64,000 nt of DNA from Eggerthellaceae bacterium (GCA_024691475.1 JAILNP010000026.1:1669-65668); one strand, 5' to 3'; positions 1 through 11,948 are shown, counted from the stretch's first letter. The notes: generated by a model from the sequence alone, not told the origin. A program made the numbers and translations.

Positions 1-271
1 CGGCATTGGCGATGGTGTCGGTCTGGTCGCCGTTGGTAACGACGAGCGCACCGTCAATCTTGCGGACGGGGTGGTAGATGATCAGGCTGGGGTCGGTGAG
101 CTTCGCCGGGTCGTGCGCTTCGGTGCGGATGCCGTCTTCGGTGACGGTGAAAACTCGGTTGCGCGAGTTCTCGCTGCGTCCCATGATGAAGTAGTAGACG
201 ACGTCGTTGCCGACGACGATGCCGCGCCCTGGATATGGGTTGCTCTTCAGGAGTTCGGTCAAAGATGCCAT
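1..271 (-). CDS. IMP cyclohydrolase-like (PurO-type) protein, 5' part only; runs off the window start
   Basis: Manual translation from ATG at 271: MASLTELLKSNPYPGRGIVVG...YFIMGRSENSRNRVF...DPSLIIYHPVRK...VTNGDQTDTI. NPYPGRG, GRSENSRNR and TNGDQTD resemble the IMP cyclohydrolase-like family. Not in the ORF track. Confidence 0.75.
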   Translation of the reverse strand, partial: MASLTELLKSNPYPGRGIVVGNDVVYYFIMGRSENSRNRVFTVTEDGIRTEAHDPAKLTDPSLIIYHPVRKIDGALVVTNGDQTDTIANA

Positions 272-385
272 AGCTGCCTTCCGTCCGTGTGTGGGCTGAT
301 TGCAGCAAGTATAGCCCGAGGGTGATGCCGCACGCGCCCGTGTGGGCGCGTATGCGGAAAAACGCCACTCTGCGTGCCCGAATGG

Positions 386-1183
386 CTAGCGGGCGACCTT
401 TGCCTTTTCCTTGGCGGTGCGCCAGGTCTCGATGAGACGGCGCAGCGTGCCGATGTCGTAGGCCACGGCTATGCCGAAGAATACCAGCAGGCCCATGCCG
501 ATGCTGGCACCCAAACCGGGCATGAGGAACATGATGAGCGGCCCGAAGAAGATGATGAACGGGATGAGCAGAATGCTCGAGCAGCCGCGCACTTCGCGTC
601 CTATGGCGAACAGTATCGTGGCGATGAGGTAGACGAACATGCCCGTGGCCAGGCCGCCCATGGCGGCGCAGAGTCCCAGGATGCCAGCCTTCACGGCAAG
701 CAGGATGCCCGAGCGCTTCAGGTCTTCCTTTGCCTCGGCGGCTTCCTCGGCGGCCGTCTTCGTGGGACGTTGCGTGAACGTGCTGGTGAAGTCCACGAAG
801 TCGAACGGGTCGCCGGCCTGTCCATTGCGGTTGGCGCCAATGTTGTCCCAGCTGGTCCAAACGTACGTGAATGGCTGCCCTGCGAAGGGGTTCTGGCCTG
901 CGAATGGGTTTTGCTGCGTGCCCTGTGCGCCTCCGTAGGGGTGCTGATAGGTGCCCGCGTAGCCTGCGCGGGGGCCGTATTCCGGGTCCCACTTTCGAGA
1001 CAGAAGCACGTCACGCGCTTCGTTGATGCGCTTGGTGGCGTCTTCGGCCGACTTCTTCTTTTCGGGGTCGGTGAATTTGTCGGGGTGGTTTTCCCTGATC
1101 TTCTGTCGATGGGCCTGCTTGACCTCATCGTCGCTGGCTCCGTCGCGGAGCCCCAGTATGTTCAATGCTTCGGTTTTTTTCAT
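386..1183 (-). CDS. J-domain protein with G/F/Q-rich linker and C-terminal transmembrane segments
   Basis: MKKTEALNILGL...ENHPDKF (HPD motif) ...KRINEARDVL, then a QNPFAG repeat and about four hydrophobic helices. Start moved to ATG 1183. Confidence 0.8.
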   Translation of the reverse strand: MKKTEALNILGLRDGASDDEVKQAHRQKIRENHPDKFTDPEKKKSAEDATKRINEARDVLLSRKWDPEYGPRAGYAGTYQHPYGGAQGTQQNPFAGQNPFAGQPFTYVWTSWDNIGANRNGQAGDPFDFVDFTSTFTQRPTKTAAEEAAEAKEDLKRSGILLAVKAGILGLCAAMGGLATGMFVYLIATILFAIGREVRGCSSILLIPFIIFFGPLIMFLMPGLGASIGMGLLVFFGIAVAYDIGTLRRLIETWRTAKEKAKVAR

Positions 1184-1376
1184 GCTAGACACCATACGGG
1201 CCGATTTGCCTGTTTGCCTCGTGGTTCGTGATGTGTCAACGGGGCGTAACCGTTCCGATAGTATATCGGGTCTGTCAATGGTGATTATTACGAAACGATG
1301 AATGATGTGTGATGTCAAAGCGCGGGTGGGCTATCCTGATGCAATGCTAAAGAGTACGCAAGCTGAATGGACGGTT

Positions 1377-1874
1377 ATGCCAGAGGAAATGAAGCAGGGG
1401 AATCAAAACGAGGGACAATCGGAATCGCGTTCGCAGGACGCAGCTGCTGCGTTTGGCGCGCATGACGCACAGGAACAGCCCGTCGAGCCCCCTTCGGTTT
1501 CTACCGGTGCGCCCGAACCCCCATCCGATTGGCGTGCCGAAAACCAGCCGGCCCCAGGGGCGTTCATCGATGAATTCCGCCTTGGCAACGACGAGCCCGT
1601 AGAGTTGAGCTCCGTCATGAAGGCTGCCTGCTTGGGTCTGGGCATTTTCCTGGGCATTTTCAGCTTCATCATCCTGTTCATGGTGGGTTCGAATCGCTAC
1701 GTTCGCATGCAGGTCGTGCGCTATTGCATCATCGGCATGGTCGTTGGCTTCTTCATCGACCTCATTCTGCTGTACGGCATGGGTTCCGTTACCGATGTTT
1801 CCTCGCTGTACGCTTCGCTCGGCTTGGGCGGCGCGTCTACGGGTGGCTCTTCGTCGGGCGGTAGCGTGTTCTAG
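1377..1874 (+). CDS. hypothetical membrane protein (acidic disordered N-terminus, two TM helices)
   Basis: ORF 1302..1874, ATG at 1377 chosen. Two hydrophobic stretches (LGLGIFLGIFSFIILFMVG; IIGMVVGFFIDLILLYGMG). Confidence 0.65.
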   Translation: MPEEMKQGNQNEGQSESRSQDAAAAFGAHDAQEQPVEPPSVSTGAPEPPSDWRAENQPAPGAFIDEFRLGNDEPVELSSVMKAACLGLGIFLGIFSFIILFMVGSNRYVRMQVVRYCIIGMVVGFFIDLILLYGMGSVTDVSSLYASLGLGGASTGGSSSGGSVF

Positions 1875-2009
1875 TGGAATTCGCCGTTCGCTTACAGGCG
1901 GATGGTAGAATGCCAAACGACAATCATGTGAGATAACGACCGTCTGCTGCAGACGGCGCGCAGCGTGCATCTGCGCCGCGCGAATGCGTAGAGCAAGGAA
2001 GGCGCCACC

Positions 2010-3317
2010 ATGGCAATCCAGAAACCCGAGGGAACCGAAGACCTACTTCCTGTCGACGAGCGCTTTTACCGCCACTTCGTGGATACGGCAGCGCGCGTGT
2101 TCGGCCGCTACGGGTACGAGCCCATCGAGACGCCTCTGTTCGAGCAGACCGAGCTGTTCGTACGCGGCATTGGCGAGTCCACTGACGTGGTGGGCAAGGA
2201 AATGTTCACCGCCATTTCGGGCAACAACCTGAAGACGCTGCTGGATGGTGGGAAGATTCGCTCGAAGAGCCGTCTTTCCCTGCGCCCCGAGGGCACGGCG
2301 GGCGTGGTGCGCGCCATCGCCCAGCACGGCCTTGCCCCGCAGGGCGGTGCCCCGGCGAAGCTCATGTACGCGGGTCCGATGTTTCGCGCCGAGCGTCCTC
2401 AGAAGGGTCGTTTGCGTGAGTTTCACCAGGTAGGCGTTGAGTGCATTGGTGCCGATGCGCCGTCGATCGACGCCGAGGGCATCATTATGCTCATGCGCTT
2501 CTACGAGGAGATTGGCCTTCCGCGCGAAAACATGCGCTTGCTCATCAATTCCATGGGCGACGAGGCATGCCGCCCCGCGTATCGCGAGTCAGTGCGCTCC
2601 TACATCATGGAGCACGCCAGTGATATGTGCGAAGATTGCCAGCGTCGCGCCGACATCAATCCGCTGCGCGCGTTCGACTGCAAGGAAGAGGGCTGCAGCG
2701 CCATCATGGCTAATGCCCCGAAGATCCCCGACGCCCTGTGCGACAGTTGTAAATCGCATTACGAGCAGGTGAAGGCTTACCTGGACGCCGCTGGAATCGA
2801 ATACATCGAAGACCCCACGCTCGTGCGCGGTCTCGACTACTACACCCGTACCGTCTTCGAAATCCAGGTGGATATCGAGGGTATGGGCTCGCAGAGCGCC
2901 ATTGGTGGTGGCGGCCGCTACGACGGCCTCATGAAGGAGGTCAGCGGCAAGGAGGCTCCTGGCTTTGGCTTCGCCATTGGCTACGAGCGCTGCAAGATCG
3001 CGCTGGAGGCCGCAGGCGTGGAAGTGGCCAGCCAGAAGCAGACCGACCTGTTCATTGCGTGCGTCGACGACTCCACGCGTGCCGCTGGGTTTATGCTTGC
3101 GCAGCAGTGCCGCGATGCCGGTCTTGCCGTGGAAATCGACCATCAGAATCGCAGCCTGAAGAGCCAGTTCAAGCTTGCCGACAAGCTGGGTGCCGCCAAG
3201 GTGGCCGTGCTTGGTCCCGACGAGGCAGCCAATCGCCAGGTAAGCTTGCGCGACATGGCTACGCACGAGCAGCAGCCCGTGGCGTTCGACGAACTGGTAT
3301 CCGCGGTTCGCGCGTAG
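2010..3317 (+). CDS. hisS: histidyl-tRNA synthetase
   Basis: LRPEGTAGVVRA, FRAERPQKGRLREFHQ, LVRGLDYYTRTVFE, GGGRYDGL; C-terminal anticodon-binding domain. Confidence 0.98.
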   Translation: MAIQKPEGTEDLLPVDERFYRHFVDTAARVFGRYGYEPIETPLFEQTELFVRGIGESTDVVGKEMFTAISGNNLKTLLDGGKIRSKSRLSLRPEGTAGVVRAIAQHGLAPQGGAPAKLMYAGPMFRAERPQKGRLREFHQVGVECIGADAPSIDAEGIIMLMRFYEEIGLPRENMRLLINSMGDEACRPAYRESVRSYIMEHASDMCEDCQRRADINPLRAFDCKEEGCSAIMANAPKIPDALCDSCKSHYEQVKAYLDAAGIEYIEDPTLVRGLDYYTRTVFEIQVDIEGMGSQSAIGGGGRYDGLMKEVSGKEAPGFGFAIGYERCKIALEAAGVEVASQKQTDLFIACVDDSTRAAGFMLAQQCRDAGLAVEIDHQNRSLKSQFKLADKLGAAKVAVLGPDEAANRQVSLRDMATHEQQPVAFDELVSAVRA

Positions 3318-3466
3318 GAGAATTCTGTCATCCGCATAGGCAATTACGACTATTCCGCGCATTCGCGGTTTGCGTCGTACCTATGCGCTACAATGCTTTA
3401 GTTTGCGAATAGTCCCGCGCGGGTTGGCCGCGCGATTCGGATTGGTAACAAGGAGCATTAGGCAAG

Positions 3467-5245
<1,779 letters not shown>

Positions 5246-5269
5246 TGGTTGCCGCATAATGCACCAAGC

Positions 5270-5299
5270 AAAGCGTCTCCCTTCGGGGAGGCGCTTTTT
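5270..5299 (+). terminator. intrinsic terminator after aspS
   Basis: AAGCGTCTCCC-TTCG-GGGAGGCGCTT followed by a T-run. Confidence 0.85.
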
Positions 5300-5374
5300 C
5301 GTGTAGTTGGGACTTGCGTGCTGCGGATTACGCGCTGTTTGCGGGTGGGGCGTTGCGCAGTGTGCGTGCCGTGC

Positions 5375-6796
5375 CTAGGCAGCGTTCAGGCTATCGATGA
5401 TTTCCTGCTTGCTATGCACGTTCAGGAGCGTGTAGATGCGCTTGAGGTGCGTACGCACGGTGTTTTCGCTGATAAAGAGCTTCTTTGCGATGCTGGGTGC
5501 GTCGTATCCGTGCGCCACGAGGTTCAGCACTTCGATTTGGCGCGTGGTAAGGCCATGTGATGCTCCCAGGCTTTCTGCCTTTTCCTTCAGGATGTCGCGC
5601 TCCTGTTCGGCTGCTTGTTCGGTGATAGTGCGCTCGGATGTATCTGCACCGTCCTTCTGCTTGTGCAGTACGAAGAACATTACGAGTGAGCAGGCGTATA
5701 GCAGTAGGAATGCCAGTACCAGGGGCTGCGCTACCATGCTGGCGAATGCGCTCTGCAGTGACCCGATGAGAATGCTGCCGATGCCTTCGGCCAGGTAGAG
5801 CACGCCTGCCATGAGGCCGTATACGAAGTCGATGGGCAGGTTACGCTGCTGCGCGATGGTGATGCTCTGCATGGGCACGACCATCGAGAACACCACGAAG
5901 AACGCGCTGCTCAGGAAGGAGAGCATGGGGTGCAGGGGGTCGGGCACCACGGCGAAGAGCAGCATGGTGGTTGCGATGATGGGGAAGACCACCGTGTAGG
6001 TGGCGGTGATGGACGGATCCTTCTTCAGGGCGATCCAGCAGACGCCCATGATGGAGGCGCTCACGATGTTCTGCAAGTGAATGAGCAGGGCCTGTTGGGT
6101 GAAGTCGAGCGGCTCGGAAGGCGTGCCGGCATTCGCGATGCCCGAGATGACCGCCGCGATAAGGCCGATCATTGCGATGCAGAGCAGGGGCTTGAAGAGC
6201 GGTTGCGTGCTTTCGCGCGTAGACGCGGCGGCAGCGGGGGCCTTGCCTTCCGTTTCGCTGCTTTCTTTTACGCAGTACAGCAGTACGAGGGTAGCGAACG
6301 CCATGACGAATACGGCGAACAGGATGCCTTCGCTGGGTGTGGCCAGGTAGAGCGAGAAGGGCGCGAATGAGAGCGCCGACCCGAATACAAGCACTTTCTT
6401 GGCCGAGGGCGTTCCCATGCTTGCGAAGACGCGAATCCAGCATAGGAAGAGCAGCGTGGTCCCGGCGCCCAGGCATGCGCCTGAAGCGAGCGCCAGGCCG
6501 AAGGCCGGGGCGAAGACCTGCCCAAGTAGAAGAATGAGGCCCGCCGAGACGGCAAGCGTTGCGGAAAGCAGCACGTTCTTTTCGGCAATGCGCTTGCCGC
6601 GTGCTCCTACGGCTGCGATGACGAAGAAGGTGAGTATGTTGGCAATCGAGAGCGCGATGCGCCAGGTATCGGATGCGTCTGCGCCCAGCAGCGTACGGGG
6701 CAAAAAGGTGAATCCCCAGAGCGAGAACGAATTGAGCGCAAGAAAGCAGGCATAGCCCGCAACGGCCGCCCAGAACCGCGGTTTGCTTTGCAGCAT
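5375..6796 (-). CDS. multi-TM (about 12) LuxR-family transmembrane regulator
   Basis: About 380 aa hydrophobic N-terminus, then LTTRQIEVLNLVAHGYDAPSIAKKLFISENTVRTHLKRIYTLLNVHS (LuxR HTH). Divergent from a Tat flavoprotein. Confidence 0.9.
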   Translation of the reverse strand: MLQSKPRFWAAVAGYACFLALNSFSLWGFTFLPRTLLGADASDTWRIALSIANILTFFVIAAVGARGKRIAEKNVLLSATLAVSAGLILLLGQVFAPAFGLALASGACLGAGTTLLFLCWIRVFASMGTPSAKKVLVFGSALSFAPFSLYLATPSEGILFAVFVMAFATLVLLYCVKESSETEGKAPAAAASTRESTQPLFKPLLCIAMIGLIAAVISGIANAGTPSEPLDFTQQALLIHLQNIVSASIMGVCWIALKKDPSITATYTVVFPIIATTMLLFAVVPDPLHPMLSFLSSAFFVVFSMVVPMQSITIAQQRNLPIDFVYGLMAGVLYLAEGIGSILIGSLQSAFASMVAQPLVLAFLLLYACSLVMFFVLHKQKDGADTSERTITEQAAEQERDILKEKAESLGASHGLTTRQIEVLNLVAHGYDAPSIAKKLFISENTVRTHLKRIYTLLNVHSKQEIIDSLNAA

Positions 6797-7102
6797 ATAG
6801 ATCCCTCCAATAGACGCACGAGGCGCCTTTCTCTCGCATGTCGCGCGCGAGCACGCATGCGTGCGCGTAACCTCCCTCTGGAAACGCGTTCTCCGATTAT
6901 CGCATAAGCAATTCGCTCCGTCTGGCTACTGGGTGACAATTTGCGTTTGCCCAGATGGTGCTTTCACATGGATTGGGTGATTCTGGAAAGCATGGACAAC
7001 GGGTGAAGAAATCGTGGTGAGCGGTGGTCTAGCATCGGGGTCACGTTAGCGAGGCGTAATGGGAGTGCCTCGCACTTGTGTCCTTGAGGAGGGAACAAAG
7101 GT

Positions 7103-8845
7103 ATGGAACAGATTTCAAGAAGGGGATTTCTCACGGGCGCTGCCGCTGCTATGGGCGCGGCTGCCGCCGCTGGTGCCGGCCTTGCGGGCTGCTCTTCGCC
7201 CAACGCGGGTGGCAAGTCTGCAAGCTCCGCTTCCGCTGAGTCGATGACGGCTGATGCCGCCAAGAAGGTAAAGTGGAGCTTCGAGATTGCTCCCGACATG
7301 CCCGCCGACAGCGAGATTTCCCAGACGTACACCGCCGACGTCATCGTGGTTGGCTCGGGTGTGAGCGGCATGTGCTGCGCCGTATCCGCTGCCGAGTCTG
7401 GCTGCGACACCATTGTGGTCACCGCTGGCACCAAGGCCGTTGGCCGTGGCGGTTCGAACCAGGCCATCGGCTCGAAGTACCAGAAGGAAATGGGCATCGA
7501 GGACAGCGTTGAGTCGCGCCGCGAGCAGACGATGATCGAGCAGCTTGCCGCGACCATGTTCTGCGATATGCGCAAGTGGTCTCGCTGGGAGAACAACTCG
7601 GGCGCATTCATGGACTGGATGATCGACAAGATGGCCGCCAAGGGCCTGTCCTGCTCGCTCGAGCCCGCGTACGTCGATCCCGATGGCGTGATGAGCTCTC
7701 CGGCTGGTTCGCATAACTTCTTCAACGCCGAGCAGCCCATCGGCGTGTTCTACGGCGCTCCGCTCATCGCGCAGGCCTATGCCGATACCTTCACCGACGA
7801 TCTGGGTGGCAAGATCTACTTCCAGCACAAGGCGTACTGCCTGGTGCGCGAGAACGACAACAAGGGTCGCGTATCCGCCGTCATCGCCAAGGATTCCAGC
7901 GGCAACTTCGTGAAGTTCGAGGCCAAGAAGGCCGTTGTCCTGGCCACGGGCGACTTCTCGAAGAACGAGGACATGATGGCTCGCTTCTGCCCCTGGCAGT
8001 ACGAGAAGATGAAGGATCAGCTGATGTTCGGCGAGCCCGACTACGACGTCGAGATGAACTACAGCGGCCTCATGGACGGCATTGGCCAGCGCATGGGCCT
8101 GTGGATTGGCGCCGCCTGGCAGCGTACGTTCCCGAACCCCTGCGCCATCAATGGCGCCGGTCTGGGGCCTGCGCTGTGCGTCGTTGACAACTTCCGCGGC
8201 ATCAACCTTGCCTCCGATGGCAAGCGCTTCATGAACGAGAACACCAACTTCGCGTATGCGGCTTACGCAAAGCTCCAGCTTCCCGACCAGACCGCTTATG
8301 GCGTGTGGGATACCGCGTATGCCTACACTCAGGAAGAGTGGGAAGGCCTGGGCTGCACGGTGGGCGAGGCCAACGGCATTCCGAAATCCACGCCCGACCA
8401 GATGATCGCGCAGTGGGATGCCATGGTGCAGTCTGGCAGCTACGTGAAGGCTGACACGCTTGATGAGCTGCTTTCCAAGCTCGACGGCCTGAACACCGCC
8501 GAGGCCAAGAAGAGCATCGAGGCGTACAACAAGTATGCCGAGCAGGGCATGGACGAAGAGTTCCATGTGAACCCGAGCCTGCTCCATCCCATCAAGACGG
8601 GCCCGTTCTATGGTGCCAAGACGGTGGGTGCGACGTTCCTTTCCACTATGGGTGGTCTGCGTACCGATGCGAACATGCAGGTGTGCGAGGAAGACGACAC
8701 CCCCATCGAGGGCCTGTACAACGTCGGTTCGATGATTGGCGACTTCTACGCCAACTCCTACAACTTCGGGTTCCCCGGCCAGAACTTGGGTGCAGCGTGC
8801 GGCTGCTTCCCCTGGCTGCTCGGTCGCGATTTGGCCAAGCTGTAG
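7103..8845 (+). CDS. Tat-exported FAD-dependent oxidoreductase (flavocytochrome c / FAD_binding_2 family), substrate unknown
   Basis: SRRGFL Tat motif with AGC lipobox, VIVVGSGVSG FAD motif, VVLATGDF, STMGGL, GLYNVG. Confidence 0.9.
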   Translation: MEQISRRGFLTGAAAAMGAAAAAGAGLAGCSSPNAGGKSASSASAESMTADAAKKVKWSFEIAPDMPADSEISQTYTADVIVVGSGVSGMCCAVSAAESGCDTIVVTAGTKAVGRGGSNQAIGSKYQKEMGIEDSVESRREQTMIEQLAATMFCDMRKWSRWENNSGAFMDWMIDKMAAKGLSCSLEPAYVDPDGVMSSPAGSHNFFNAEQPIGVFYGAPLIAQAYADTFTDDLGGKIYFQHKAYCLVRENDNKGRVSAVIAKDSSGNFVKFEAKKAVVLATGDFSKNEDMMARFCPWQYEKMKDQLMFGEPDYDVEMNYSGLMDGIGQRMGLWIGAAWQRTFPNPCAINGAGLGPALCVVDNFRGINLASDGKRFMNENTNFAYAAYAKLQLPDQTAYGVWDTAYAYTQEEWEGLGCTVGEANGIPKSTPDQMIAQWDAMVQSGSYVKADTLDELLSKLDGLNTAEAKKSIEAYNKYAEQGMDEEFHVNPSLLHPIKTGPFYGAKTVGATFLSTMGGLRTDANMQVCEEDDTPIEGLYNVGSMIGDFYANSYNFGFPGQNLGAACGCFPWLLGRDLAKL

Positions 8846-8880
8846 GCTGTAGCCTGCGGGTTGGAACCATCCCTCCCAGG

Positions 8881-8912
8881 AACGGGGTCGCGTTTGCACG
8901 CGGCCCCGTTTT
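8881..8912 (+). terminator. intrinsic terminator
   Basis: AACGGGGTCGCG-TTTGCA-CGCGGCCCCGTT-TT. Confidence 0.7.
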
Positions 8913-9035
8913 CGTTGTTGGCATGATGACGTTGTGCCTGGTAGTACAATGGTTGAGCGGGCGGTGCGGCCCGCTTTGGTTTATGCGCTTGCGTGCTTGC
9001 TTTCGCCGCGCGCGGGCCTTTTCGTAGGAGGGGAT

Positions 9036-10214
9036 ATGCTCAAATCTATTCAGGGTAGTAAGCGCCTTGTGGTGGTGGCGTTGCTTGCGGCCGTTGCGTT
9101 CGCGGTAGCGTTTTCGCTGCGTTCGCAGTGCGCGTATGCCGACGAGCCATTGCCCGATGGTTCATCCGATGCCATCGCAATCGATTCGGGTTTGCCGCTC
9201 ATGGGCAACGACTACGTGTGGTTTGGCAAGGAGGCTAGCCTGTACGGCGAATCAATCAAGAACGATTTCGTGGGCGCTGGCAAGACGATGGTCATTACCG
9301 ATTGCCAGATTCAGGGTGGCGTTCGTGCTGCCGGTGGCGTTGTCGACGTTATGGACACCCAGGTCGCCGAGAACGTGACCATTGCCGCGCAAAACGCGAA
9401 CCTCACTCAGACGCGCGCCAACGCCATCGCCGTTGCGTGCAATACGTTCACGTTCGATGGCTCGTGCTCCGAGCTGTATGTTTTTGGCGGTTATGCCTAC
9501 ATCGACGGCACGGTGACGGGTGACGCTACGGTTGTGGCCGACAGGGTGGAAATTGGGCCTAACGCCAATATTCAGGGTACGTTGTATGTTGAGGCGCGCG
9601 TCGATCCGGTGGTGAACCAGGGAGCCCACGTTGGCGCTACCGAGTTCACGCCTTCCCGCAAAGATGCGATGTTCTTGAATGGCCTAACCGCCTTTGCGAC
9701 CGCGGCTTCTGCGTTCGCAGTGTTCATGGCGATTGTGGGGCTTATCGGCACCATTATCGTTTCCCTGCTGGCGGAATGGCTGTTCAGCCGTCATACCGCT
9801 GCGTCGTCGCGCATGCTGCGCGAACGCACGGGTGCCATGGTTGGTACCGGCGTCATTGGCGCGATTGCTGCCCCTGTGGCGATTGTGCTGCTGTGCGTGC
9901 TTATCATTACGCTGCCCGTTGCTGGTGCGCTTGCGTTGGCGCTGTTTGCCATGACGATGGTTGCCGAGGGTTTTGCGGGTGCATCCATCTTCAAGCTCGT
10001 ATTTCCCCATATGGGTCGTTTCAAGGTTGCCTTGCTTGGCGGCCTCATTATGAGCATCGTGGGCCTTATTCCCCTTGTGGGAGGCCTTGTGCACGTGCTG
10101 GCGTTTATGTACCTGTTGGGGTACGTGCTCCAAACGATCTACCTTGCGCGTCGTGGCGGCAAGGGCAAAGACCATGAGACTGGCGCATCAGGTGCGCCCA
10201 GCCCGGTTGCATAG
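9036..10214 (+). CDS. membrane protein with extracytoplasmic beta-helix-like (bactofilin/polymer-forming-like) region and C-terminal TM bundle
   Basis: Signal peptide, repetitive G/V/A/I beta-strand pattern (IDGTVTGDATVVADRVEIGPNANIQGTL), then about five TM helices. Confidence 0.6.
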   Translation: MLKSIQGSKRLVVVALLAAVAFAVAFSLRSQCAYADEPLPDGSSDAIAIDSGLPLMGNDYVWFGKEASLYGESIKNDFVGAGKTMVITDCQIQGGVRAAGGVVDVMDTQVAENVTIAAQNANLTQTRANAIAVACNTFTFDGSCSELYVFGGYAYIDGTVTGDATVVADRVEIGPNANIQGTLYVEARVDPVVNQGAHVGATEFTPSRKDAMFLNGLTAFATAASAFAVFMAIVGLIGTIIVSLLAEWLFSRHTAASSRMLRERTGAMVGTGVIGAIAAPVAIVLLCVLIITLPVAGALALALFAMTMVAEGFAGASIFKLVFPHMGRFKVALLGGLIMSIVGLIPLVGGLVHVLAFMYLLGYVLQTIYLARRGGKGKDHETGASGAPSPVA

Positions 10215-10560
10215 TAAGTGCTTGTTTGCGCCGCGCGTGTCGATGTTGATGCGCGCGGCTGCGTTTTTGCATGTGGCGATGAGGCCGTAGCGCGTCGGGG
10301 CTAGCGCTGCGCGTGGGTGCCTTTTGCCGGGTGAGAAGCGGTAATATTCACGCATCTCGCTGTAATGTGGCGTTCCTATTCAATTAAACTGATATAAACC
10401 GTGAATATTTCAAAACCGTATTGCAAAGTGGGCAAAACAGATGCAATATACGCCTCACGAGAACGGCGGCATTCGCGTTGTGCCCTCCTTTTCGCCCAAT
10501 GCGGCCGAGCCTTTGCTATCTCTCACATTACCCGAGTAAAGGACATTCCGTTCGACTACT

Positions 10561-10591
10561 AAGCGCCGCCTATGCGGCGCTTTTTGTTTTT
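10561..10591 (+). terminator. intrinsic terminator about 350 nt downstream of the nearest plus-strand gene
   Basis: AAGCGCCGC-CTAT-GCGGCGCTT-TTTGTTTTT; T-tract only on the plus strand. Confidence 0.75.
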
Positions 10592-10677
10592 CCAGCCGAG
10601 CTTGCTTGCCGCGCGCCATGCGGGGATGTAGACAGAAATGCGGGTCTGGATATAACCCTGCGCCAGCCCGTGGTGGC

Positions 10678-11634
10678 CTATGCGCTCCAGAAATCGCGTA
10701 CGAGGGAGTGGCGATCGGGTTGGGATGTCTTCTTCAGGATGTTGTGCACGTGCACCTTTACCGTGGAAAGCGCCAAGTTCAGATCGCTTGCGATGTTCTG
10801 GTTGTCCTTGCCCATGACGATGAGGCGGATGACGTCGCGCTCGCGTTTCGAGAGCCCATTCTTCTTGGCGTAGAGCGGCAACACGCGCGCGATCGATTCC
10901 TCCATGGCCTCGTCCTCGCGCTCGGGTGGGGCGTCGTAGCGCAGGCGGAGCGTTTCATTCGCGGCGCGCATCGTCGTGACGGCCAAGGTGAGGAACAGCA
11001 TGTTTTCCATGGGGTTGCGCTCGCTGAAGAACCACATGTCGTTGGGCAGGGTAGAGGGGTCGAAAATCAGCTGGAAGTACACGTTTTCCAACACGATGCC
11101 CACGGTGCACGCAAGCGAGACCCAGTAGGCCACGCGATGGCGCCTTAGGGCGGCTCGAAGCACCTCATCGCCCGTTGCGTACCAGTACGCGATGACGCCC
11201 GCCATCCAGAACAGCAGAACCTCGCGCATGCTGTAGAAGCAGAACTCGCGTGCCTGCACGTTGCCGATCGCGTTGAACGCGATCAAGCTGGCCAGGATGT
11301 ACGCAATGATGGGCGCGGTGACGAGCACGCGGTTTACCTTGCCCAAGTAGCTGCAGATGGCAAGCCAGAGGAACAGGAACATTCCCGCTCCGGTGATGAT
11401 GGTGGCCTGTGGGTTGCCTACGTCCCAGAACGAGGAAGCGTTCAGTATGGCGGTGGGCGTGATGAAGTCGTCTTTGAACACCAACGACACGTCGATGAAG
11501 TAGAAGACGAAGCAAAGCGTTAGGAGAAGGAACGACTTGCGATGCGAGACGAAGTACGCCGAAAGACTCGTGGCGGAAGCCACCATGTAGACAAACATCA
11601 CGCCAAGCGTGTAATAGAACAAAACGGAAAGCAT
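10678..11634 (-). CDS. LuxR-family transmembrane regulator (shorter, about 7 TM)
   Basis: Hydrophobic N-terminus, C-terminal LSKRERDVIRLIVMGKDNQNIASDLNLALSTVKVHVHNILKK. Start ATG 11634 after GAGGGG. Confidence 0.85.
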   Translation of the reverse strand: MLSVLFYYTLGVMFVYMVASATSLSAYFVSHRKSFLLLTLCFVFYFIDVSLVFKDDFITPTAILNASSFWDVGNPQATIITGAGMFLFLWLAICSYLGKVNRVLVTAPIIAYILASLIAFNAIGNVQAREFCFYSMREVLLFWMAGVIAYWYATGDEVLRAALRRHRVAYWVSLACTVGIVLENVYFQLIFDPSTLPNDMWFFSERNPMENMLFLTLAVTTMRAANETLRLRYDAPPEREDEAMEESIARVLPLYAKKNGLSKRERDVIRLIVMGKDNQNIASDLNLALSTVKVHVHNILKKTSQPDRHSLVRDFWSA

Positions 11635-11948
11635 CGCGTTAGGCCCCTCTCTTGCAACCCCTCGTAACGAATGCCGTTTAGCGTGGTTCATTCTATACCC
11701 TAACCGTTTTGGGCGCGCGGTGCCTTTTGCTTGCATCGGTGAGGTGAGCTGCGGTTTATGCGTGATGTAGCCGCATACCGCGAGATTTAGTTACGAAATA
11801 CATCCGCGTAGAGACTTCTCTAGACCTGTGCGCGTTTCCCCCACAATGCCAAGGTGGCCGTATCGACGTTGCGTCGATGGCGAGCGAGTGCCCGCGTGCG
11901 TGCGAGAGCCAGGGCGCAAGCTCGTTGAACCCGAGCGAAGGAGGAGAT

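Noticed and set aside
1875-3466. T-box leaders before hisS, aspS (and proS)
   Set aside because: Intergenic regions are short, with promoter -10 boxes close to the starts, and no T-box motif or antiterminator was seen.
7103-8845. Fumarate reductase (frdA/fccA) label for this and the other two Tat flavoproteins
   Set aside because: The catalytic HHT motif is replaced in all three.
10441-10539. 32-aa ORF (MQYTPHENGG...) in the candidate sRNA region
   Set aside because: No Shine-Dalgarno sequence and no recognisable features; not called as a CDS.
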